Below are positions 46,690-59,000 of a stretch of DNA of 64,000 nucleotides, piece by piece. Made by a program: the position numbers and the translations under genes. Every line of letters starts with the position of its first letter. The stretch's first letter is position 1. The notes below the pieces were generated by a model. That model did not search any database. It was not told where the DNA came from and worked only from the letters and a program-made list of their open reading frames with translations. Origin of the DNA: Amoebophrya sp. A120 (taxonomy: Eukaryota > Protista > Dinoflagellata); assembly GCA_905178155.1 (NCBI GenBank), contig CAJINV010000001.1, positions 7,967,599-8,031,598 of the forward strand, written 5' to 3'.

Positions 46690-47802
46690 TAGCAGAAACT
46701 GCACTAAGTAAATTCTCTACGTACAGCTGGGAGCTGCATAGAGAAAGTCGTGAGTACCAACGATGAAGATCATGATTATTGTACATTGATTTATGTTTGT
46801 CTTTGTTCACGATGACAGCGCGAGACTACCCACAAACCTCACAAGCGAAAGGAGTGCTAAAATTAATTTTTCAACCTTGGCCTAAGTCATCTCGTCGTTT
46901 CAAAATGCTACTTTCTTTTGTTTCGTGATGAAGACATCACAAAAAATGGTGCGCATTGAGTGTAAAACACATGACGAATGTTTGGTATGTAAATTAAATT
47001 TCGCAAGAGCATGCTGATTTGCATCGCCGTATTTTGTACAATAAAAGAGCCTGCTGCAAGGAGCTGCGTGCTACTGTCTGAAGCTATTGGTGATCTTCCT
47101 GTGAAAGATAGAACGTACAGTAATGTGCCCATGATTCGACAAGGAAAAGCACCATGTGTGTGCGTGCCAAGTGGCTACACGAGATCTCCTTTTTCTGCAA
47201 AGTGAAAAGGCATTTACGCGGTTGCGCCATGGTGTTCCAACCAGCGAAGAGCCACAAAGTAGGGAAGAGAAATAACGGCCCGCCCAAAACAAAAGGAAAG
47301 CCTCGCATTTCTCTTGAGTAATTTTTCCGAATCACCAACCAGGCCTTTTTCACGTTGAACTACAGGCGAATCGTTTAATCCAACTCAGGGTCTGCATAGG
47401 TTTGAGTTAATCGCACGGCTCATGAGCATATGTGGAAACAACAAATGGCATGCGCTTTTTGAAAGCTTGCGCTTCTCCCGTCGAAGACATTCATCTGGAC
47501 GAGCACTGCAGAAGCAGGTTTGTGGCACAGGTGAAGGGAGGACTTTTCCTGTGAGCACCCACAGTCAACTACGACTGTGCCGCTGCAAGACAAGCAGTGC
47601 AGCGTCCTTGGTGAGGGAGCCCTCCGACGACCCAGGTGGTCGTGAAAAGAAGTTGCGCCTCGTCACCGGGAGCGGAAGCGTTTCCGTGGATTCCTCGGCT
47701 TCTGGTGCGACACATCGTCATCGAGCCGACATTCAAAAGCAATCCACCGCCAGAATTGGCCCAAACCCAATTTGCGAACGAGAGCGGCAAGAGCTACCAA
47801 AA

Positions 47803-49668
47803 ATGGATTTGATACAACAAGTGTCAGGCGGCCAGTCGAGCTCCTCTGCCAGTGGGCTTCTCCGCCCCGAGGCAGTGCCGCCCGTGACGGGATTCGGCGA
47901 TGTGCAGTTCTCCAAGGAAACGTCGCCGCGCGCTGTCCGGTACCACCGCGGCGTGTCCGAATACGCGCCCCCCGTTCCCTTTCCGACGTACGAGGCGTTT
48001 TGCGACCGCCTCTACAAGCAGAACATGTTTACGATGAAGTTGGGCCTGAACAACGTTGAGCAGGCGTTACTTTTGGAAGGCAACCCGCACCTGCAGCACC
48101 AGCGCGTCTTCGTGGCGGGCACAAATGGCAAAGGCACGGTTTGTTCGTCGCTGAGCAACATTCTCACGGCTGGCGGCTACAAGGTCGGCTTTTTCAGCTC
48201 CCCCCACTTGATCGACTTTCGGGAGCGTTTCCGCGTGAACGGCGTTCCTGTGTCGACGGAAATGGTGCACCAAATCGGCGTCGAGATCGTCGCGAAGTAC
48301 GGCGGGAGCGGGTCCGAGTTCAGCACCGCCAACCTGTCGCCGATCCGGAAGCGGCTCAGCAGCGCAAACTCCTCGGGCAGCACAACCATAACGTCCTCGC
48401 CGAGCTCATCAACACTCGCAGACCAGCAGCAGCAGCAGCAGCAAAACGGTGGTAGTTACTTACTGCGATGCTGCTTCGTAACCTTTTCCCCTGGCTCTGA
48501 CACGCTCGAAGATTTGAGAGTTTGAGACCACTTTTGAGTACAATAGCGATTGATGAAAAACACATCAGGTGTGCAACCGCTGCACGCCACTCCGCTTCCT
48601 GACGAGGTGACGGCTGCGCTGGAGAACGGCAACCGGCCGGTGCTCACGTTTTTCGAGCTTGCCACCCTCATTGCGGTCCGGGTTTTTGCGGAGGCGAAAG
48701 TCGACGTTGCCATCTACGAAATCGGGTTGGGGGGCAGGTTAGACGCTGTGAACGGTTTGAGACCGCCGGATCTGAGCCTGTTCGCCACGATGGGGTTCGA
48801 CCACATGACGTACCTCGGCGACACGATCGGCAAGATCGCGTACGAAAAATTCAGCGTGATGCCGAGGTTTGGCCAGGCAGTCCTGGGCGAGCAGGAATAC
48901 GAGGAAGAGACGCTGCAAGTTTGGCAGGAGTTCGTGCAGAACCGCGAGATGCAAACCGTCGTCGACATGGCGAGAGACGTAGGAGGTCCTCGTGGTGGTG
49001 CAACATCAAAGCTCGATGAAGTCGCCGAATTCATTGTCTCCAAGTCCGACGAAGAGCTCTCAGCGTACCTGTCCAAACCCACACTCGACAGACACATTTG
49101 CCGACACCTGCGTACCGCGGTTGCCGGGTCGCGCATTCTCGCCCCGGAAATTCCCGAGACCGCGATTCGCCAGGGGTTGACCAACCTCTACTGGCCGGGG
49201 CGGATGGAGACGGTGGTATATAAAGGGCAAAAATTCTTGATCGATGCCGCCCACAACATCGACGGGGTCCGGTCTCTCTTGCGGGCGCTGGTGGCACGGA
49301 AACGGGTGAGGATAAGAAGCGTCGTCTTCGGTGCGATGCGAGACAAGGACTTCGGGGCGATGCTCAGTGAGTTGAGGCAGCTCAACGCGCCCTTTTACGG
49401 TGTGGAAATCCAGAACCCGCGGGCGGCGCGCCAATCCGACTACGACCGGATCGCGGGGGTTGGGGAAAATGGTTTCAAGGCCGTCGGTCCATTGCCGCAA
49501 GTTCTGGAAGAAGTGTTGTCTATGAAGACTGCACCTTCTGTGCAGGAAGAGAATGGAGACTTGGAAGACACGATACTAGTTTGTGGTTCGATCTATCTGA
49601 TCGGCGAATTATATTCCACGATGGGAATCGACGCAGGAAGCATTTGGCGCGCTGCACAAAATTCATGA
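47803..49668 (+). CDS. folC: Folylpolyglutamate synthase / dihydrofolate synthase (FolC/FPGS), 2 exons (intron ~48449/48452-48568); ORF open from 47422
   Basis: VAGTNGKG P-loop, FSSPHLIDFRERFRVNG, LTFFELAT, EIGLGGRLDAVN, DHMTYLGDTI, WPGRME, IDAAHN, CGSIYLIGE. Confidence 0.93.
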
Positions 49669-50307
49669 ATTCGCTTTTGCAGTACAAGTCCCGGTTATAA
49701 ATTTTGGCGCACATCATGTTCATAAGCACATTTGTTATGACTCTCGAAGTTTTGATTAGTGAAGCGCGGTGTATCGGCGCGATCAAGACGCTGGCTGTAG
49801 CTGTATTGGAAAGGAGCATAAGAGCTCCCCGAATCAGGAGTTTTTCTCGTGTTCACTGCACTGTGTCAGCTCAGCTGAGAGATATGTTGTGACCGTGAGC
49901 CAATCAAACGTGGCAAGCCCAAGATTAGGTCAGGCTTGTGCTGCATTAGATAGTTGTATGTTATTCGTGAAAAAAACATTCACAGGAACATTCCCGATAG
50001 CAGGAGACCCGAGTGTTTATCAGAGCCTAACGTAGTAGTTTCAGAGACAGTTTTGTCTGACTGAATGTGAGAATAGCGAATCAAGTTGTAGATGTAGTCT
50101 GTATGGTTGCAGTTCCCGCTGTTTAGCCTCCAAGAGAGTTTAATACCTAACAATGGCGATCGCTCGTTCCACTTTACTCGGTTGAAAACCCTGCTGCGCA
50201 GGTGCTTCGCCACTCTCTCTTTGCTGGAAAAGCGAACGAACACCTGAACGGTATCCGGTTCCGGAGCCGGACTCAAGATTACGCCGAAACCGGGCACATC
50301 TGCCACC

Positions 50308-52585
50308 ATGGGCGAACTTTGGGATGGCCAAAGTTTAATCCTCGGCCAGTACAAGGGGGTGCCCGTGGGCTTGCATTTTACGCTGCTGATCCTCGCGCTG
50401 GTATGGGAAATATACTGGATAAGCGAACAAGGAGGATGGGGGTTCTTCAAGGGCATTTTCCTAGTACCAATTAACCTTGATTCATGTTTCCGTTCCTCTT
50501 GCTGCAGTTTTATCCTCATGAGCATTGGTGCGTGTTTTCGGCAATGTTAGAATTAGATAGGCCTGCTTTTCAATTACAGCGCATGCATCATCGATCAGTC
50601 TGGGAAAGACATTAATTTCTATCACCGTTCAGACTCTCACCCTGTGGTTCACCGTCTTTATGCACGAGTTGGGTCACGTTTGGATGTGCAGAAGACTGGG
50701 CGGGGAACCCGACCGAATTATTCTTTGGCCATTTGGCGGTCTGGCCTACATGAAGCACAGTGGGGACGAAAGCGACCGAACTAAAATTCTGCTCGCGGGA
50801 CCGGCAATGCATATACCGCTCGCATGTACGCTTGATTACTTATTAAAATTTGCGCTGTGAGACTTTGAAGAATTGGAGGCTGCAATGCATTCTTAGATTC
50901 GAATTCCTGTCTACTGAAATTGAATTCGAATTCCTGACTACTGACCCCAGGTATCGCGGGCATCTTCATTGCGATGTTCACGGGAGGGCCCTTTTTGTGG
51001 TACGTGGACTGGTGCTTCCACCTCAACCTGCAGCTTTTTCTGTATTACAATGAAAAACTACGCCCCCACCCCCGAACCTGGGAGCATTTGTATTGCAAAC
51101 CTTTCCAAATGAAACATGCGCCCTCCTGCATCTATCAGCATCACAGGTTTCCAGTCGTGAATAGAAAAAATTTGTATTGCAGAAGATCCGAGGAAGCGCG
51201 GCGCTTGTCATGCAAGCGATGCTACAAACGTCTAGACTCTGCATCAGAAAGATTCATAGTCTCTTCATGCATGATGACAAAAAGTTTTCATTTGGAAACT
51301 TTGCATCACAAATTGTTCCAAGTCTGGGTGTGGGGGCTTTTTTCACTTTGATATTGTGATGAACCTCTTCATGCCGGCACATCCGCTCGACGGCTGTTCA
51401 CTCCTCTCCACCACGCTGCTGCAGAGTTATTCCACAGACACCGTGGCGAAAATCTACGTAATGATTCAAGCCTTTTAATTTTATTCCATCTAGAAGTAGT
51501 ACATGCAGGCAAAGGTATATTATTGGTTCACGTGAAAGGAAGGTTGTGACTTCATCTCAACCTACTCTTTACCAAAAATTCGCACAGATCTGCCTCGCTT
51601 TTCCCTACCTGATTTTCCTGTGGTGGTGGGGCATTGCAGAAGTAAACTTCCTGGGCATCCTCCTCGGGCTTTGGCTTCTCGCCCAAACCGCCGACCTGAT
51701 CATCAGAATACGACAGGGACCCGCTGGACTCGGTATACTTGAGTAGATCATAAGTAAGTTGTTTGCAAGTGAGTCAGTCAGCATGTCGTTGTGTACGAGT
51801 CCGCTTTTGGTGTCCTCAATCACAGCACACGACAAAAAGAAGGCGAAAAATTCACCGTTGAATCACTGAACGATCGACCTTACTATCACAGCAAAGCACC
51901 CGATGTTTACAATAGAGGAGCAGATGAAGCCAAAAAAGCAGAACCAGCAGCGCGGCGTCGACATCAGCAGTTGGGACGGGACGGCCCAGAGTTTCTCCGC
52001 CACCATGCCCACCGCGCCGGTCCACACCAACTGGGGCTCCGGCGCCGTTGGCGGCGTGCCGGTGGTTGGCGTCCCCACAAACAACACGCAGCCGGTACCC
52101 ATGGAGCAGGTTGAACCGGGGGAAGTGGTTACCTCACCGTACGTTGGGGGCGTAGATAAGAAACCGGAGTTTGACCCACAGCAAGCACCACCACCTATGC
52201 AGCAGCAGTACGCACCGCAGGGGGGCGGGTCACCGCCAAGGAACACCGGACAGGTATGAAAATTGCAACTTTAGTATTCGTGTGGAGTAGTTGACGTGCG
52301 AGTCTTTTTTGAGGGACGCGGCACTATTCAGTTGATTTTTCTTGCGTACTTAGTTGTCACTCGGAGCTGCTGCCTCTGTCGTAGCAAGAAGTGCGTCGCA
52401 AATTTTCCTACTCTCTCCATAGGAAGTATACGCTTCCGCATACACAGGTGACCGTTGAGATGACGGAGCTCCGGGCGCCGGGTGGTGGCAGCCCGCAGAT
52501 GTTCTCCATCGCGGATGGGGAAGGCTCACATACGCAGCAAATCGCAGCGCCCGGAGTAGAGCCTTCGCCTCGCGAAGGCGTGTGA
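50308..52585 (+). CDS. Peptidase M50 / site-2 protease-family intramembrane metalloprotease, multi-exon (first two junctions unresolved)
   Basis: HELGH zinc motif, IILWPFGGLAY, ILLAGPAMH, NLFMPAHPLDG. GT-AG introns 50826-50950, 51458-51587, 51733-51891 and probably 52254-52447; one TIR-element intron. Confidence 0.85.
51043..51353. mobile_element. Degenerate TIR element / introner, family C (311 bp), in the M50 gene
   Basis: Left TATTACAATGAAAAACTACGCCCCCACCCCCGAACCTGGGAGCATTTG vs right-end reverse complement TATCAAAGTGAAAAAAGCCCCCACACCCAGACTTGGAACAATTTG; imperfect TSD TTCTG/TTGTG; removal gives QLFL-MNLFMPAHPLDG in frame. Confidence 0.82.
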
Positions 52586-53063
52586 AGCGAGGCAAAATGA
52601 TGACAAAGGAAAAACTACACTATCCTGACGAATATAAGGCGCATCGCGTTCCCGAGGTTTGAACAACCTTTATGTAGAAAAACGTGACAAGAAGCTAAGA
52701 AAAAAGTTTTTCTATCCAGTGCATCGTCGACCGATCAGCCGAGTTGCTGCTCTCGGCACCTGCGTCGAACGATTGTTCGTGGGACAAACTGGCCGCTCCT
52801 CGTTGTTGTTTGACCAGAAGGACACTGAGCGTGCATACCACCTCAAGTTCTAAAGATGAAAAAATGCGGCGTGAACGCGATTAAGATCCACCATGTGATT
52901 CACTCGTTTGTGTATATGAATAAAGAAATGTCAGCTGATGCGCTGAGCCCGCCAAGCGTTACGATGACTCATGTTGGGCGACGTCCTCAGTACTAACTAC
53001 ACTGCCATCGCGTATTAGTGTATCAAAAATCGCGTATGAACTTGAACACAATAGCGCAACAAG

Positions 53064-55235
53064 ATGGGCAGTGGTGCCTCCGCAGTCGCTTCTCCATGCC
53101 TTTCTCCGAAGCAGGAGAAGAAGCCAGTTTCCCTGCGGAAGGCAGCGGAGTCGACAGCGGCGAGCTACTCCAATCGGGCAGACAAGTTCGCAGATTGGGC
53201 GGAATCGAAGGAAAACGCGGACGCTGCGCGCGCAGCGAGGGGCATCCTTTTGGAGGAGTTGGCGAAGATTTACCCCATTGCTGAGTCCGCCTTCCTGGCA
53301 CCCAGTGCCACCTCGCCCGGGTCCGCCCACCGCGCCGGCAGCTTCGGGCTTGCCGGCGACTTCGTTTCGAAAAGAATCGTGTCCGGCGCTGGGAAGAATG
53401 ACGGCCGGTTCGAGCGCAAACCCAACGCGGAATTTTTACCGGGAAACGTGGACTTTCACCATCGCAGTGGAAAAATCAAAGCGGGATCAGGCGGGTTGAC
53501 ATTGGGCGGTCAGCAGGATCGGCTAGGGGAAATAAACCAGGATTCAAATGAGGACCCTTCCTCCGAAACGGAGCGCGAGCCGCTGGAAGCCGGTGTTTTG
53601 GCAGTGAGAAAGACCAGTCTGAGTCCCTCCGGAGGTTCCTCGTCGTCCAAAAGAAATAAGAAGAAGACCAGAGCGCAACAAGAGGCGGAGGCGGAGGCCA
53701 AAAAGAATGAACCCACGGACACGCGCGGCCGCCCGTTGGTCAAGACCAGCCGCCTTGCGCAGATGTACTTCAAGTTCCAGAAACGGAAGCTTCGGGTCCG
53801 CGCGCGCGGGACCAGCGCCGCCGCACTCGCGAACCTGGATTTGGTGCAGTGGAAAGAGAAAAAGGCCGACTACGCGGAAGTGCTCCGCATCCTGGACGTC
53901 GGCTGCGGTAGTGGGCGGGACTTGGTCGCCTTCAACAAAATTCCCTTCGTCCATTGCGACGGGGCGGATCCGTGTGCGGAGCTGGTGCAGAAGGCCCGGT
54001 GGAATCTCGAGAGGAACGTGTTTAACCACCCCAGCCACTACCACGATTATGCGGAGGGGAAGAATACCTATGGGAAGAGAACTTTGCTCATCCAGAAGCC
54101 GCGGGTTTTGATCGCCGACGCGGCCAGCCTCGTTGGACTGAATCGGGATGATGATGCGGACGAGGACGAGCAGACCGACGAGGAGGATGGAACTAGAAGT
54201 AGAATCGAGGAAAAAACAAGCAAACCATATGAGCCCGCCGGGCCGACGATCACGCGGGTTTCGGACCAGGCGAAGCTCCCCCGGAACAGCTACCACGCAA
54301 TCTTCGCGCTCTCCAGCCTGTTTCACGTGCCGAACGAGCATCTCGCGGCCGTGTTGCGGAAGCTGATCCTCACCTACTTGACGGACGTATCTGAAGACCG
54401 CGCGGACGCGGAGTACGCGGGGGACATGCGGCGGACCATGACCAGTCACGACGACTATCGCGACGACGACAGCAACCCGAACCGGAGCATCGGCGGGTAC
54501 CGCCGGAAGGTCGGGTTCGAATCCATGAAAATCGAGCCGAACAAAGAGCTCGACTGGCACAGCGAAGAGGTGAACGGCATGATGTACACGGTGCAGCTCC
54601 GGCTGCCCCAGGGCTACGGCTTGCAGTACAACGCGCCGCGCGTGCCCGCGAGCGTCCGCTACGGGACGACGGAGCAGGACAAGCGGGAGTTTCACATGGA
54701 GCCGCCCCTGGAATCGGAGTACAGCGGTTTGAAACGAAGACCACTGATTTTGCTCACCTACCCCACCGGCAAAGTGAAGAAGTCGCTGAAGAAGCGGTGT
54801 TTGGAATTTTTGCACTTGAAGAAAAAACGGGTGCATTTCAACCATTTCAGTCACGACGGGCGGTGGCTGAGCGGCATGAGCAAGGAGAAGTTTGTAAAAA
54901 TGGTGGAGGCGATCAGCCTGAACGAAACGGAAGACGACCATACCGGGAATACCAGTAGCGATGACGATGACATGTACATCTATCGGGAGGATAAGGAGGC
55001 TCTTCTCGGGCCCGAAACCGAGCAGGAGAAGTACCTAGCGCAGTTTGCATCGAAGGAAACCTTGAAACGTAAAAGATGGCTCAAAGTGATTCGCGTCGAA
55101 GAAAATTTCAGGATCTACAACGGCTCTTGGAATCTGTATGTCATCCGCCTGCAGTCTGCTTTCCGATATCGGTGTGCTTTTGACATCTGTCTCATCTGTC
55201 TGGCTTGTTTTGTTAATTTTGTTCCGCTGAAATGA
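53064..55235 (+). CDS. Class I SAM-dependent methyltransferase with large inserts and an N-terminal myristoylation-like motif (3' end may be spliced)
   Basis: ILDVGCGSGRD motif I, DGADPCAELV, ADAASL, YHAIFALSSLFHVP; starts MGSGAS..C. Confidence 0.8.
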   Translation: MGSGASAVASPCLSPKQEKKPVSLRKAAESTAASYSNRADKFADWAESKENADAARAARGILLEELAKIYPIAESAFLAPSATSPGSAHRAGSFGLAGDFVSKRIVSGAGKNDGRFERKPNAEFLPGNVDFHHRSGKIKAGSGGLTLGGQQDRLGEINQDSNEDPSSETEREPLEAGVLAVRKTSLSPSGGSSSSKRNKKKTRAQQEAEAEAKKNEPTDTRGRPLVKTSRLAQMYFKFQKRKLRVRARGTSAAALANLDLVQWKEKKADYAEVLRILDVGCGSGRDLVAFNKIPFVHCDGADPCAELVQKARWNLERNVFNHPSHYHDYAEGKNTYGKRTLLIQKPRVLIADAASLVGLNRDDDADEDEQTDEEDGTRSRIEEKTSKPYEPAGPTITRVSDQAKLPRNSYHAIFALSSLFHVPNEHLAAVLRKLILTYLTDVSEDRADAEYAGDMRRTMTSHDDYRDDDSNPNRSIGGYRRKVGFESMKIEPNKELDWHSEEVNGMMYTVQLRLPQGYGLQYNAPRVPASVRYGTTEQDKREFHMEPPLESEYSGLKRRPLILLTYPTGKVKKSLKKRCLEFLHLKKKRVHFNHFSHDGRWLSGMSKEKFVKMVEAISLNETEDDHTGNTSSDDDDMYIYREDKEALLGPETEQEKYLAQFASKETLKRKRWLKVIRVEENFRIYNGSWNLYVIRLQSAFRYRCAFDICLICLACFVNFVPLK

Positions 55236-56032
55236 AATTTTTGTTCGGGATGATTATATATTTTCATTTTCGTCGGTTTTCGATAAAAGATTTTCCACCT
55301 GAATGCCTGCCTGGAAATCAGCAAAGCATTAAACAAGGTGTAGATATCAGCAAAGAAGGCAGGTGCATTCAAATGAGGTGCAGGATCTGTCGTTCGGAAT
55401 CAAGAAGCGCGCAAGTTGCAATGAAAGCTCCTTTTTCATCTTCTTCAAATAGGCGATCCTCAAAATGCCGACGAATCGAAGGAAACAAGAAATGGAGGTT
55501 TGTTTCAAAGCAGCAATTTTTCGGTGAAATCTTTTTTGCGCTGAGCAAGGGCTTCGGATTTGTTTTGCCGCGGTGAACAAACGAGACGTGTTGAAGTGAC
55601 AAATTTGAAAATTAAATTGTTTGCTGGATTTCAAATGCTCGCTCTTCATGTCGTCGCATCAAATCTCACTCAGGTCCTCCACACAAAAATTCGCCCTTGA
55701 TAGCAAGTGAACCAATTCATTTCGAAAATAGATCAAAGTTACCCATTTCAATTTGTTGATAGAAAACCCAAAACCAGAACGATGGTTTGTCTACTCCAAA
55801 ATAGATCTCTATCGAGCTGCTCGACAACAAGTATCGCGCTCTAAGTAGGCACATCCACTTTAGTATTTTCGCCATGTATTTGATATAGCTCTTTGACGTA
55901 AAATATCCGCATCGGCATCCCTCCGTCTCCCCACACCTCCGACCCGGGGACCACTCGCTTTCGAGCGACGAAATCGAGCGCTGACCACTGTCAACTTTTT
56001 TTAACGTCGCCGAGGTGTGGTCAACGACCTGA

Positions 56033-59000
56033 ATGTTGTTGACGGACAAAAGTTCCTCAGAACATCAACACAAGGTGGACCAGAACATCAAGGAGCAGCA
56101 CAGGTCGCGACGGGCAGACTCGATCGGATCTTCGGGCAGCCTTAGCAGTAGCAAGAAAGCGGCGCGACGGAGCTCGCTAGGGGGACCCGTTGGTGTGGAT
56201 GAGTACATCCGATGCACGATGCGGGAGGAGATAAAGGAAGAGGTCGAGGACCAGATGGACGAAAAGATGGAGAGTCTCATGTCCAGCTTCACAGCTGCCA
56301 TGAACCAAAATAACGCCGTGGGTCGTGCGGCTTCAAGTATAACTGGCGTAGTTGCGGCTCCTGACAACTCGGGCTCTGTTGATCAGTTTCAACAACATGC
56401 AAGAGGACTCGCGCTGAACAACGCAAGTAGGACCACCGCTCGTGTGCAACAACAGCTTCATCACAATAACTTTGTCACGCTCGAACGGTTCGAAACCGTG
56501 ACGCAGGAAATGGAAACGAAGCTGGAAAACCTGGAAAACAAACTGATGAAGCGCACGGAGAGCGAGTTGCGCACCTTCCGGAATGATGCGCAGAAGCAGA
56601 AGCAGGAGATCTTGGAGGTGATTCGTTCGGAGCTGGTGCCGAAGCAAAAGCGCGACTTTCTCGACCAGGCTCGCAGCGAAATGAACGAGCAGAAGAACCA
56701 AATTCTGGATCTAGTGCGCGAAGAGCTGCAGGACCAGAAGAAGCAGCAGAGCAACGCTTTCCGCGAGGAGAGCGCGCACCAGCGATTGAACATTGCTGCG
56801 ATTCGAAATGAGATGGCCGATTTGAAAGCAGACCTGGCTGGGATAAAGTCCGTTTTGTCGAAGGAAGTGGCGACCATTTTCCAACTGATCAGGAAGGATC
56901 ACGAGAACAAGCGGACAAGAGCCGAAGAGCAAGCAGCAATTTTGTCTCAGGAAAAAGGCTACGTCACCCGCGACCAGCTCAGTGATTTTTTGCGCGAGAT
57001 GACGGACCGCTGGGCCACGTCGAGCAGCAGTGATGGCGAGCAAGAAGGGAACAAAGACTCTACTGGCCGAACCTCTAGTACCTCCTCCAAGCGGCGCAGG
57101 AAAGAGGAGGAGAGTCATGTTTTTGCAGCCGGCGAAGTAGGGGACCAAATAAGAGGAGTGCGTGAGGAACATAACTTCTTGCGGCAGGACGAACGCGGGG
57201 CAACCACTTCTCTTTCCAAGCCACGTGCAGGACAACAGTCCCAGCCACCTCCCTCATCATCGACAGGCGCAGCTCGTGCACAATTCCAAACCCAGCCTGA
57301 AGATCATCTCCCAAAAGACCCGCCTGCCTTGGGTGCGCAAGAGGTGGCGGCACAGAAACCACATGCTGATAATCTCGAAGTACGCGCTGATCATGCTGAC
57401 AGAGCAGCAGCAGACCAGCCGAATGACATACAGGACCAGCAGCAAGAGACGGACGTTCTGCCTACCGGGTTCGAGGAGGAAGGACTTTCTGCGGAAGATA
57501 TTTTCGACGCGGACATCGTCTCCGCGGAAGATGATCGCATCGACGAGGCTATCTTCGATGATATTGACATACCACCTTTCGAAGATGCAGTTGACAAGTT
57601 ACCAGCTGGAGCGGAGCAGCAGGATGAACAAGGAGAGGCCAAAAATCTTCCTGGCGCGGTAGTTGAAGAAAAGCGGTCACGATCTGGATCAGCCAGAAGG
57701 ACCAGCGGGGAGAATTTTAGGCCGAATGCGGCTGACGTTCCAATTCCTGCTGTGAACAATCTGGCAAATAAGGCTCAGGCAGAAGAGGTGTTGCAAACGA
57801 GTCAGCAGAAAAAATCTACTGCACCAGCAGAAGCCGGGGGTGTTCTGGATAAGAAAGCGCAGTCGCGGCCCGCATCATCCGCCGCGTCACATCAACGTGG
57901 GGCGGGACGGGCAAACGTGTTGAGTTTCTACAGTCGGTACGAAGGCGCCGACTGGTCGCGACAGGACGATGTAGATGGCCCGCCCGGATATCAGAATGAT
58001 CCTGAAGGAGCACAAGCACGGGCTGCGGGGGTGGGTGTTGGCTCATCATCCTCTCGTCCAAAAGCGAATAGTAATCAGCAGGCGCCACTCGTAGAGAAGC
58101 GCACCCGGACACCGTCTCCGAAACGCGGTGCGAAACGGACCTCCCATGCTACTCCGGAGAAGAAGGCACCGGGTAGCGCTTCCAAAGTTATTCCCGGGAA
58201 GGCTCTTGAAAAAAAGGACGGGAAAGCCGTTCTGATCGGCAGCTCGGGCCGGGAGCACAGGCTGGACATGTTTGCGGCACCGCCAGAGAAAAGACCCGGC
58301 AAGACCGACATCACCGTGATGCTCTCCGGGCCCATCAAACAGGATCCCTTTTCAAAGCCCTTACACGCAACTTTGTTCGGACAGCATCCCCACGAAGCTG
58401 CGCCGCCCCAGAGTAAAAATGGAAGTAGCAACAAGGCGAGGTCAACTTCGCCGAGCAGCAAGGACAAGGTGCGAGGAGGCAGAAGTCCTAGAGGAAATGA
58501 CACGTCTGCGAACCACCAGGAGAAAAATGCGCTGCCTGTTACACCTGAACGAAAGTTCCCCCTCCCGTCTAACCTCCCATCCTCGAATTTCCTCTCGGGG
58601 GTATCCCCGAGGTTGGCGGGGAGGAAGAGCGATTCCTCGCTGGAGGGCGCATTAGCCGATTTAGACCAACTTGCGGATGCAGGCACCACGCCCGGGGCTA
58701 GTAGCAAGCAGAGTTCGCCGCCCGCGACCGCGCGCACCCCGGCAGGTGTGCCGCTCCTTGACCCAATCAGCAGGACACCGAAAAGTATTCCAACAGATCA
58801 TGTGGCTTCATCTCCCAAGGTGGCGCAACCGCGGGCGAAGTCGTTCTCCTTTGTGCGCAGCGCCAGTGCGCGTCGCGCTCCGAAATTAATGGAGGGTCTC
58901 AACGTGCCGACCTTCGGTACAGCACACCAGAACGGCGTCCCTGTGATGGTGCTGCAAGGCGAGAACGGGCAGAAGAGCGTGAGTGGCCGCGTTGATGGCG

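Noticed and set aside
53544-54941. Long minus-strand ORFs (also 13699-14628, 17741-18628, 44021-44929)
   Set aside because: Antisense shadows of GC-rich plus-strand genes; no motifs of their own.
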